From assembly GCA_963783765.1 (NCBI GenBank), contig CAWAOV010000006.1, positions 402,136 through 434,135 on the forward strand: 32,000 bases of DNA, in the 5' to 3' direction. The DNA comes from an uncultured Chloroflexia bacterium (GTDB lineage Bacteria; Chloroflexota; Anaerolineae; Anaerolineales; UBA11858). The notes under the pieces were generated by a model. It had not been told where the DNA came from. It did no database searches and saw nothing but the letters and a program-made list of their open reading frames with translations. The translations under genes and the position numbers were made by a program. This document shows, one piece after another, positions 1-8,700 of this stretch; the first letter of the stretch is position 1; each line of letters starts with the position of its first letter.

Positions 1-64
1 AAGTTTATTCCTGATATTAAAGCCGTTATTAATTGGCTGCAGACTTTGTTAATACTGCCTGTCC

Positions 65-856
65 ATGTCTAGTCGTGAACGTTCCGTTCGAACCGAAGGA
101 ATAATCCTGCGTCGAAGGGATTTCGGAGAATCAGACCGAATTCTGGTCCTGTTCACTCGCAAACTTGGCCGAATATCTGGAATCGCCAAAGGATCAAGGA
201 AACCAAGTTCAAAGATTGCAGGACACCTTGAGTTGTTCATGCGATCATCTTTCCTGATCTCCCGGGGCAGGAATTTGCACCTGATCACCCAGGCTGAGGT
301 GATAGACTCATTCAATTCGTTAAGGGCGGACCTCCCAGGCATTGGGCAAGGATCTTATATAGTTGAATTGGTTGATGCTGTGACCTATGAAGAAGGCAGC
401 AATCTAAACTTGTATGATTTGCTGGTCACGACCTTAAAAGCCCTGGATTCGGGGGAAGATCAGACGATCATAACCCACTATTTTGAACTTCATCTCCTCA
501 GTTTAGTTGGGTTTCAACCGGAGTTTTTTATATGTGTGGAGTGTGGAAAGAAGATCACAGAACAAGACCAATTTATATCTGGTGAGTTGGGAGGAGTGGT
601 TTGTCCGGGTTGTGTATCAAAGGTATCTGGCGCTGATATCCGCCCGGTAACAGCCAGGATCCTGAAATATATGCGGCATTTTCAACGCTCAAGTTTGAAA
701 GAACTACTTGCACTTAACATTCCACCTGAAATTACGAATGGACTTGAAGAGGTTATTTACTACTATTTGACTCATACCCTGGAAAAGCACTTAAACAGCC
801 CGGAATTTATAAATCGAATGAAGGAAGACCAAATTAGTAAACATACAGGCGAGTAA
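65..856 (+). CDS. recO: DNA repair protein RecO
   Basis: 263-aa ORF. It has an N-terminal OB-fold-like segment (RTEGIILRRRDFGESDRILVLFTRKLGRISGIAKG) and a C-terminal four-Cys zinc motif (CVECGK...CPGC), as in RecO. Confidence 0.85.
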   Translation: MSSRERSVRTEGIILRRRDFGESDRILVLFTRKLGRISGIAKGSRKPSSKIAGHLELFMRSSFLISRGRNLHLITQAEVIDSFNSLRADLPGIGQGSYIVELVDAVTYEEGSNLNLYDLLVTTLKALDSGEDQTIITHYFELHLLSLVGFQPEFFICVECGKKITEQDQFISGELGGVVCPGCVSKVSGADIRPVTARILKYMRHFQRSSLKELLALNIPPEITNGLEEVIYYYLTHTLEKHLNSPEFINRMKEDQISKHTGE

Positions 857-928
857 TAAGATCGCCTGTACCTGTTGTGGTTAAGGGGTAAAATTGGGAA
901 GTAAATAGCATATATCTGAGGAGGGATT

Positions 929-1591
929 ATGAACAAAAAAAAGTTGTTTCCTCTTATATTGGTGGTGGTATTGACTCTTGGCAGTGCTTGTTCCTCCCAA
1001 AACCTTGCCCCGCCTCCTCTTGATAATTCAGATGATGAAAAAAGCGGCGAAACAGGTGAAACAGGGGAAGTGCTGACTTGTTATCATGCTAATAACTTTA
1101 TTCTCTCATTTGACCATACCCTAACGGTGAATGAAGAAGGAACCAGCCTGACACATATTCTTAAACAGGGAGGCATTGCCCTGATTAGCGAAGACGATTC
1201 AGGAGAACATGACACTCTGCTCAAAACTGCAAACCCCCAGGATTTGAATTTTGAGTACATGGGTGTACTGGGCCCCTGTTCGGTGGAAGCAGGGGGAATG
1301 GTTACAGTCTCAGCAGAAGGGTTTTGTGAATCAGGTGTTGTTTATCTCAACATAACGGAAAATTGGGGTCCGACAACAGGCACCATGACCTGTGATGACC
1401 AGGCGGTCCCATTTAACGCCCCTGGTTTTTCCCATACACAAACAGGCGCTTCTGGTATGGGAGAGGAATTCTTAATCACAGATGATTCCAATGGCCACAC
1501 AGTGATGCGGGAATTTTTGGGTGGTGAAGGGTACCATTCCTGGACCCTGCAGATGGATTTGGACCTAGTTCCCCTGGTGCCTGAAGAATAG
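929..1591 (+). CDS. Lipoprotein of unknown function
   Basis: 220-aa ORF with GGAGG a few nt upstream of the ATG. The signal peptide ends in the lipobox LGSAC, followed by a Pro/Asp/Glu/Gly tether (GETGETGE) and a roughly 170-aa domain with four Cys. No family recognised. Confidence 0.6.
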   Translation: MNKKKLFPLILVVVLTLGSACSSQNLAPPPLDNSDDEKSGETGETGEVLTCYHANNFILSFDHTLTVNEEGTSLTHILKQGGIALISEDDSGEHDTLLKTANPQDLNFEYMGVLGPCSVEAGGMVTVSAEGFCESGVVYLNITENWGPTTGTMTCDDQAVPFNAPGFSHTQTGASGMGEEFLITDDSNGHTVMREFLGGEGYHSWTLQMDLDLVPLVPEE

Positions 1592-1614
1592 AATACTGAA
1601 ATATTCTCTTAGCG

Positions 1615-1660
1615 AAAAAAAGGAAGCTTACTCTCAAGAAAATAAGCTTCCTTTTATTTT
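1615..1660. terminator. Bidirectional rho-independent terminator between convergent genes
   Basis: Perfect 10-bp stem AGGAAGCTTA (1621-1630) / TAAGCTTCCT (1643-1652), with an A-run on the 5' side and TTTATTTT on the 3' side. Confidence 0.7.
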
Positions 1661-1684
1661 AAGATTTGGATTTTGGATGGATTG

Positions 1685-2146
1685 TTATCTCAACTGGCCT
1701 TCAATGCTCGGTTTTGCATCGCCAATTTTATCTCCCTCATAAATAAAATATTTTAAAGTAAGGGGGATAATTTTACCTATCATTGCCTGGGCAGGGCAAT
1801 ATGTATCCGCGGATAATTCCATTGCCCGGGTAACGGCACTCTCGGAAATATCCTTTCCTGCCACATGGTATTCGATGATTGCTTTGGTAAAAACTTTTGG
1901 ATGTTGATCAGCCCTTTCTGTATCGACCTTTACTTGAAAGTCTGTTACAGCCTGGCGTTTTTTTGTCAAGATAGAAATCACATCCATTGCTGTGCAGCCG
2001 GCCAGGCTGACAGCCATCAGCTCCATGGGACGAAAACCGTCATCATCCCCTCCTACTTCAGGGTATGATCCCAAGGGAACTTTAAAACCCGAATCGGCTG
2101 ATCCTGTAAAAGATAATTTGCCTTTCCATTCAACTTTTGCGTTCAT
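1685..2146 (-). CDS. OsmC/Ohr-family peroxiredoxin-like protein
   Basis: 153-aa ORF with the two conserved Cys contexts of the OsmC family (SLAGCTAMDV and DTYCPAQ). AAGGAG SD. It starts 3 nt after the upstream tlpA-like stop. Confidence 0.8.
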   Translation of the reverse strand: MNAKVEWKGKLSFTGSADSGFKVPLGSYPEVGGDDDGFRPMELMAVSLAGCTAMDVISILTKKRQAVTDFQVKVDTERADQHPKVFTKAIIEYHVAGKDISESAVTRAMELSADTYCPAQAMIGKIIPLTLKYFIYEGDKIGDAKPSIEGQLR

Positions 2147-2149
2147 GAG

Positions 2150-2719
2150 TTACTCCTTTAGAAGGGGGGTGACATATTTTTCCAAAGTTGGCAGATTGAT
2201 TGAGCCCAACCAGGCCATACGTAGGTGACCCCTTCTGTCTATGACCCAAGAATTTGGCAGCGTGCTGTTCTGAAAGGTGATCAAAGATTCGTTGCCTGGA
2301 TCCAGCAGGATGATAAAATTCAACCCTTGCTCTTCCACAAATGCACGAACCTCTCTTTCAGGTTGGCCCGCTTCAATTGCGACGATCTGAAAACCATCTT
2401 CATTGTATTTCTCATAATAGGCTTTGAACTCAGGCATCTCCTCCCGGCAAGGTGGACACCAGGTGGCCCAGTTATTTACCAGCACGACCTGGCCAACAAA
2501 ATCGGACAAAGATACCTGATTGCCATCCAGATCAAATAAAGTCAGCTCAGGAGCTGGCTGATCAACTTCAATGGGAGGGAGTACAAATGGATCTTGAACT
2601 GATTGGTTTTCAGATATATCACCCTGCACATAGAGAGCTATCCCAATTAAGACCAACAATCCCACGCCGACAAATATGAACGGGAGGAAATTGGTTTTAT
2701 TAGTGTTGGTTTTGGTCAT
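2150..2719 (-). CDS. TlpA/ResA-family membrane-anchored thiol-disulfide oxidoreductase
   Basis: 189-aa ORF with an N-terminal TM helix (FLPFIFVGVGLLVLIGIALYV) and a thioredoxin fold with WCPPC active site. Confidence 0.8.
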   Translation of the reverse strand: MTKTNTNKTNFLPFIFVGVGLLVLIGIALYVQGDISENQSVQDPFVLPPIEVDQPAPELTLFDLDGNQVSLSDFVGQVVLVNNWATWCPPCREEMPEFKAYYEKYNEDGFQIVAIEAGQPEREVRAFVEEQGLNFIILLDPGNESLITFQNSTLPNSWVIDRRGHLRMAWLGSINLPTLEKYVTPLLKE

Positions 2720-3341
2720 TATCCTGTTCCTTGATGATTCTGGTGAAAATAAGGGGCTATGGTTTTCTATTGTACTATTTAGAGTCGATCTTCAGGCTCC
2801 TTCTTACATAAGATTTACAACCTTGAATTCAGACTGATCCCGGTAAAAAGATGACATTACTGACCAAAATTTAAGAATTGAGAGACCTCAATACCTGATT
2901 ATATTTCCCCTGATTGGTCAGCTCCGAAAGCCCTGATTTGTCTCATTTTGGCCTCTAGGTGGCCTGAGATCCGGAAATTTGCCAGATAATAAATAAATGT
3001 CACCTAAAAAGGGTGAGTTTTGTCAATCGAATCACAGTGTTAAGCTGTGAAATATAAATTGAATACTGGTATACTAAATCGTGAAAGTTTTACTAACTTT
3101 GGCTCCGTTGACGTTATCCATTACACATGAGAAATTATAACAAGTGTTGCTTGAGCAGCGCCCAGGCTGTATTAAACTGCACCCACTTTTATTGGTATCA
3201 GGTATTCAAGAAAAAGAAACCGGGTATCAGGGGTTATATTAACGCTGGATTTAGCGGAGGAGCAGCTCCCAGGGTGTCTGAAGGCGACTTGGATTGTTCC
3301 TCTTTTTGATTTAATTGTGGTATTTGCGAAAGGAGAAAAAT

Positions 3342-3755
3342 ATGGCAAGCTTGTCTCTAGAACTTCCTACGATGTACGGAGACCATCATGTACTCGAAGT
3401 CAGGCGCATATTGCTTGAATTTGAGGGTGTAACAGAAGTGTACGCCAGCTCAGGGTTTCATGTTGTTGAAGTGGAATACAACAGCAAAAAGACTCCCAAA
3501 AAAGACCTGGAAGCTGCACTTGAACAAGCAGGATATATGGGGGATTTCAAAATGGCCTTGGAACCATCTACACCGGCCAATGAAGACGTAAAAGGTGCAT
3601 ATTTCCGCCATACCGAGGCCAGCGAACAGACTGGGAATATAGTAAATTTTGAGCAGACAGTAAGAGTTCAACGCTCTCCCCTGTGGCCCTGCCCTGGTAT
3701 GGGGCCCGTAAAAACGCAAATTTTAGAAGTGGACGAGGAGACTGAAGATGGCTAA
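3342..3755 (+). CDS. Small HMA-like (ferredoxin-fold) protein lacking the CxxC motif, coupled to cooS
   Basis: The ORF opens at TTG 3315, but ATG 3342 follows AGGAGA (3331-3336). The 137-aa product has a beta-alpha-beta-beta-alpha-beta pattern like heavy-metal-associated domains, with MYGDHH where GMTCxxC normally sits. Its stop overlaps the cooS ATG by 8 nt. Confidence 0.6.
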   Translation: MASLSLELPTMYGDHHVLEVRRILLEFEGVTEVYASSGFHVVEVEYNSKKTPKKDLEAALEQAGYMGDFKMALEPSTPANEDVKGAYFRHTEASEQTGNIVNFEQTVRVQRSPLWPCPGMGPVKTQILEVDEETEDG

Positions 3756-5763
3756 ACAAAAAAGAACTATCGAGGAACTGAGTATCGATCCCGCGACCCA
3801 GGAAATGCTGCAACGCGCTGAGGATATGGGGATCAAAACTGCCTTTACCCGGGCAGATGATATGGCTCCCTGCAACATCGGCGGCGCAGGCATGTGCTGC
3901 AAAAACTGCAGCATGGGTCCCTGCCGGTTGACCAAAGACGGCCAGGTGGGCATCTGCGGAGCAACTATAGATACAATCCAGGCTCGCAATTTCCTTCGGG
4001 CAATTGCTGCTGGCGCATCAGCACACTCTGATCACGGCCGCGATATGGCCTTTACCCTCAAAGCAACCGCCAATGGGGAAGCTGAGGGTTATGTCATTCG
4101 CGATGTGGCCAAACTTCGGACCGTGGCGCGTTACTATAATATACCGGTTGATGACCGCTCGCCGAATGATGTCGCCAATGACCTGGCTGATTTGTATATC
4201 TCCCAGTTTGGACAGCAAACTGGACAGGTGGCCCCTGTAGTCAGGGCACCGAAAAAACGCCAGGAACGCTGGAAAGAAAAGGGCGTTATACCCCGTGGTG
4301 TGGACCGGGAGGTTGTTGAGGCCCTGCACCGCACCCATATCGGTGATGATCAGGATCCAAAAAATATCCTCAAACAAGGTATTCGTACAGCTTTGTCTGA
4401 TGGATGGGGCGGAAGCCTGATGGCAACTGATATCTCTGACATCCTGTTTGGCACACCTGCCCCTCTGCTTGGTGAAGCCAACCTGGGTGTTTTAAAGGAA
4501 GATTGGGTAAACGTGGTCATTCACGGCCATGAACCAACTTTGAGCGAAATGATTGTGGCTGCATCCCAAACACCGGAAATTATCGAGTACGCTAAAGCAG
4601 CTGGAGCAAAAGGTGTCAGCCTTTCTGGTATTTGCTGTACTGCCAATGAGACCCTGATGCGTCAGGGCATCCCTGCAGCTGGTAACTTCCTGCAGCAGGA
4701 AATGGCCATCCTAACTGGCGCCGTGGAAGCCATGGTAGTGGACGTGCAGTGTATTATGCAGGCCCTGGTAGGCCTGGCAGAAAATTTCCATACCAAGATC
4801 ATCACCACTTCCCCCAAGGTGAAAATCACAGGCGCTACTCATATCGAGTTTGATGAGCATAAAGCCCTGACGATAGCTAAAGACATACTTAAAAAAGCAA
4901 TTGATAACTACAAGAACCGCGGTGATATCCAGATCCCGGATTATAAATCCGAGCTTATCCCTGGTTTTTCACATGAGTACATCAATTACGCTCTGGGTGG
5001 ATCCTACCGGGCTTCATTCCGACCCCTGAATGATGCTATCATCTCAGGCCGGATCCGCGGCGTGGCAGCAGTTGTAGGCTGCAATAATCCCCGCAGCCAG
5101 CACGACTACCTTCATACGGTGGTAACCAAAGAACTTCTGAAACAGGACGTTCTGGTAGTGGAAACAGGATGTTCCGCTATCGCCAATGCCAAAGAAGGTT
5201 TGTTGATGGGCCAGGCCGGTCTGGATCAGGTTGGTCCCGGGCTGCGCGAAATCTGTGAAGCCACCGGTATGCCCCCGGTTTTGCATATGGGAAGCTGCGT
5301 GGATAACAGCCGCATCCTGACGGTTTTATCCCAGATGGTTGAAGAAGGCGGTCTGGGCGATGATATCGACCAGGTGCCTGCTGTTGGTCTGGCACCGGAG
5401 TGGATGAGCGAAAAAGCAATCTCGATTGGAACTTACTGTGTGGCTTCCGGAGCATACGTGATCTTTGGAGGCACCTCCCCGGTGGGGGGTATGCCTGACA
5501 AAGTTTCTGACAGTGATATCGTCACCAATCTAATTAGCTCTGGATGGGAAGAGGATTTTGGTGGAAAACTGGAATTCATTCCTGATCCTGCAGACATGGT
5601 CAAAGCGACTCTGGCTCATATTGATAAAAAACGGGCAGAGTTGGGTTTGATTGAATATGACCCCAGCCTGTTTGGCAAGAGCGGAGATAGGGACATGATT
5701 GCGCTGGAGAAACTTCCTCTCAAGGAACGCCGGCAAGCTATATATGGATCCGCTGTGAAATGA
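3748..5763 (+). CDS. cooS: Anaerobic Ni-Fe carbon monoxide dehydrogenase catalytic subunit (CODH of CODH/ACS)
   Basis: 671-aa ORF with GAGGAG SD. The N-terminal Cys motifs CNIGGAGMCCKNCSMGPCRL are typical of CooS/AcsA, and the length and remaining Cys/His ligand contexts are consistent. Confidence 0.95.
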   Translation: MAKQKRTIEELSIDPATQEMLQRAEDMGIKTAFTRADDMAPCNIGGAGMCCKNCSMGPCRLTKDGQVGICGATIDTIQARNFLRAIAAGASAHSDHGRDMAFTLKATANGEAEGYVIRDVAKLRTVARYYNIPVDDRSPNDVANDLADLYISQFGQQTGQVAPVVRAPKKRQERWKEKGVIPRGVDREVVEALHRTHIGDDQDPKNILKQGIRTALSDGWGGSLMATDISDILFGTPAPLLGEANLGVLKEDWVNVVIHGHEPTLSEMIVAASQTPEIIEYAKAAGAKGVSLSGICCTANETLMRQGIPAAGNFLQQEMAILTGAVEAMVVDVQCIMQALVGLAENFHTKIITTSPKVKITGATHIEFDEHKALTIAKDILKKAIDNYKNRGDIQIPDYKSELIPGFSHEYINYALGGSYRASFRPLNDAIISGRIRGVAAVVGCNNPRSQHDYLHTVVTKELLKQDVLVVETGCSAIANAKEGLLMGQAGLDQVGPGLREICEATGMPPVLHMGSCVDNSRILTVLSQMVEEGGLGDDIDQVPAVGLAPEWMSEKAISIGTYCVASGAYVIFGGTSPVGGMPDKVSDSDIVTNLISSGWEEDFGGKLEFIPDPADMVKATLAHIDKKRAELGLIEYDPSLFGKSGDRDMIALEKLPLKERRQAIYGSAVK

Positions 5764-5777
5764 AGGAGATAAGATAA

Positions 5778-8700
5778 ATGTCGAAATACATTGCTACCCG
5801 AGCCGTCCGCGGCGCAAATGCCCTTGTCTACGAAGCCGAGGCAATGCTTTTTAAAGCCCTGGCTGAAAAGGGGCCGGAAACAGTCGTAGAATTTCCCAAT
5901 ACAGCTTATTACCTGCCCTTGATCTACGCCATGACTGGTGAAAAGATTGCTACATTGGGTGATATTCCCCCTCTCCTTGAGAAGGCTCGCAGTCTGCTTC
6001 ATCCCATTCCGTCCGATGATAAATGGACCCCGTATCTTGGAGAAACCCTGGACAGCGGCATGGCGACGTTAATTGCTGCTGAAATCATCGAAGCTATCCG
6101 GACTGTCTACGGCCTCCAACCTGAGATGTATCCGAATATCGAACTGGCAGGCGGAACTGAGTATGGAGACCGCGATTTTGGGTTGACCGGCCGCTTAAAC
6201 GGACCGATCGATGATATTCAGCTTCGCTCCTGGGGTATTCAGCTGGTTGACGGCAGGATGCCTGGATTTGCGGCGATTGTTGGCGCGGCCAAGTCAAATG
6301 AAGTGGCCGTGAAGATCGTCCGTGAACTGCAGCAGCGGAATATCCTGACATTCCTGTGCGGCAACGTCAACGGCAGGAGCATCATTGACCAGCTTGTTGA
6401 AGAAGGTGTGGAACTGGGATATGACACCTACACAGTGCCGTTCGGAACAGATACCCTGAGCGCGATCTACGCCCTTGGATTCGCCTCGCGGTCCGCTCTG
6501 ACTTTCGGCGGCATTGATGCCGGCGAGGCCAGGAATATCCTTAATTACAACCGTGCCCGCGTTTTTGCCTTTGTGCTGGCGCTGGGTGAAGTCGATGATC
6601 TAAAATATGCCGCAGCGGCCGGTGCCATCAACTTTGGCTTCCCGGTCATTGCGGATACGGTAATCCCGGAGATCCTACCCACTGGTGTGACCACCTATGA
6701 ACATGTGGTCAGCATGCCATTCGATCAAATCGAAGGCAAAGATGACATGGAACGCGCAACTGCTCTGGTGCAGAAATGCATCCAGATCCGCGGTGTAAAG
6801 ATCAAAATCACAGATGTGCCCGTTCCTGTTCCTTACGGTTCAGCCTTTGAGGGCGAAGTTGTTCGCCGGGCGGATATGCGGGTTGAGTTTGGTGGGAAAA
6901 ACTCCCGCTCCTTTGAATACCTTTTTATGTCTGATATGGAAGAAATTACCGATGGCAAGGTAACGGTAGTTGGACCTTCCTTTGAGGATCTTGAAGATGG
7001 CGCCTCGATGGATATGGGTGTTGTAGTCCAGGTGGCCGGCCGCGAAATGGAAATGGACTTTGAACCGGTGCTGGAACGTCAGATCCATGACTTTGTCAAT
7101 GGCGCTTCCGGTATTCAACATATCGGCCAGCGCGACATTGTCTGGTGCCGGATCGCAAAATCCGCTTCTGAAAAAGGATTCAGTCTGGAACATTTTGGAA
7201 AGATCATCCATGCCCGCCTCCATTCCGATTTTGGCGCGGTGTTGGATAAAGTTGAAGTGACCATCTACACTGAAAAAGACGATATTGATAAATGGCTGGC
7301 AAAAGCCCGCGAGGCTTATGACTTCCGCAACAAACGTCTGGCGGATATGACTGATACTTCAGTGGATGTGTTTTACTCCTGCACCCTGTGCCAGAGTTTC
7401 GCTCCGGACCACGTTTGTGTGGTCAGCCCAGAACGTCTTGGATTGTGCGGTGCCTACAACTGGCTGGACTGCAAAGCATCCTTCAGTATCGATCCTACTG
7501 GACCTAACCAGCCCATCCAGCTGGGAGAGGTTTATGACGAGGAAGTGGGATACTGGGAAGGTACTATTGACTATACCAAGTCTGCTTCTCACGGCGTAAT
7601 CGAAAAAGTATCCATGTACTCGATCATGGAAAATCCCATGACAGCCTGCGGCTGTTTTGAGGCCATATTAATGTACATCCCCGAAGTTGAGGGTGTGATT
7701 GTAGTCAGCCGTGAAGACACTGGAATGACACCCATGGGCATGAAATTCAGCACCTTGGCCGGCATTGCCGGCGGTGGTGTGCAAACACCCGGTGTGATGG
7801 GTGTGGGCAAGTATTATATGCTCAGTCCTAAATTCATCTCTGCAGACGGCGGATTTAAGCGAGTTGTCTGGATGAGCAAGAATATTAAAGACAGCATGCA
7901 GGGAGAATTCGCTGCAGTCGCCGAACGTGAAGGTATTCCTGATTTGATCGATAGAATTGCCGACAGCGAGTCCGTGACAACCGTTGAAGAACTTCAGCAA
8001 TGGGTTAAGGATAAGAATCACCCAGTCCTGGAAATGCCCACTATGCAGAGGGAAGAGAAAGAATTGGATATTCCCGAAGCAGTGCAGGAGAGCAGTGAGG
8101 TTATCGCCCAGGCAGAGGCAGTGATTGCCAAAAAGACCCCCGAGACCCCAGAACCTGCAGCAGCCGCACCACCACCAGCACCAACCCCGGCTGCTCCAGT
8201 TCCATCAATACCAGCAGGTGTAACAGGAGATGGTCCAGAAAAGGCCGTCAACATGCTGCGCCGGGCTCTGATGGCAGCTTTGGCTGAATTGGGCGGCATT
8301 GAAGGAATGGAAGATTTCCAGCTGCCGGCAATGCCTTCGGCCCCTGCGGCAGCCCCCGCTTCGGCCCCTGCGGCACCAGCGCCCGTCGTTTCTGATGAAC
8401 CCTGGCTGCCGGCTGGTACAAAAACAAAACTCTCCAAGGAGAAATGGGATGGTGTTGTCAGAGAGATTACCCTGGGCGCAACAGCGGCCGAGGGTGGCAC
8501 TCGATCCCATACCGTCACAATTGGTGGCTCCACCGCCATGCCCTATATGCACTTTGAAGGACAAACGCCCAATAAACCGGTGATCGCGATCGAAATTCAG
8601 AGCCGCAAACCAGATGATTGGTCTGATCTGCTGATGAAAGCCTGGGGCGATGCAATGAATGATCCTGGTGATTGGGCCAAGGCAGCCGAACAGGCAGGCG

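Noticed and set aside
1-72. Possible 3' end of an upstream gene (frame 1 reads KFIPDIKAVINWLQTLLILPVHV-stop, overlapping the recO start).
   Set aside because: Only 23 codons are visible, which is too little to support a call.
49-342. 97-aa minus-strand ORF overlapping recO. Similar antisense ORFs lie inside other genes, for example 11974-12567, 22585-23091 and 26704-27210.
   Set aside because: All are embedded opposite well-supported genes, lack SD sequences, and have skewed Ser/Arg/Pro-rich composition typical of antisense frames.
3032-3050. A CRP/FNR/CooA-type binding site.
   Set aside because: The half-sites are in the order TCACA...TGTGA with a 9-nt gap, not the TGTGA-N6-TCACA or TGTCA-N6-TGACA geometry of that family. 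I kept it only as an unassigned inverted repeat.
3127-3309. 60-aa + strand ORF in the acs upstream region.
   Set aside because: It has no Shine-Dalgarno and odd composition (KKKKPG, Cys-rich), and it overlaps the repeat-bearing leader. Non-coding regulatory sequence is the more economical explanation.
3080-3341. A known riboswitch (cobalamin, THF or NiCo) in the acs leader.
   Set aside because: I could not find the conserved cores I remember, for example a B12-box-like GCCACTG context or the paired junction motifs of NiCo, on either strand. Only a covariance-model scan could settle this.
8018-8564. Long minus-strand ORFs (173 aa and 119 aa) opposite the acsB::acsD linker.
   Set aside because: They are antisense shadows of the GC-rich Pro/Ala codon run, giving Ala/Gly/Ser/Pro low-complexity products. 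They have no SD and are fully embedded in a strongly supported + strand gene.
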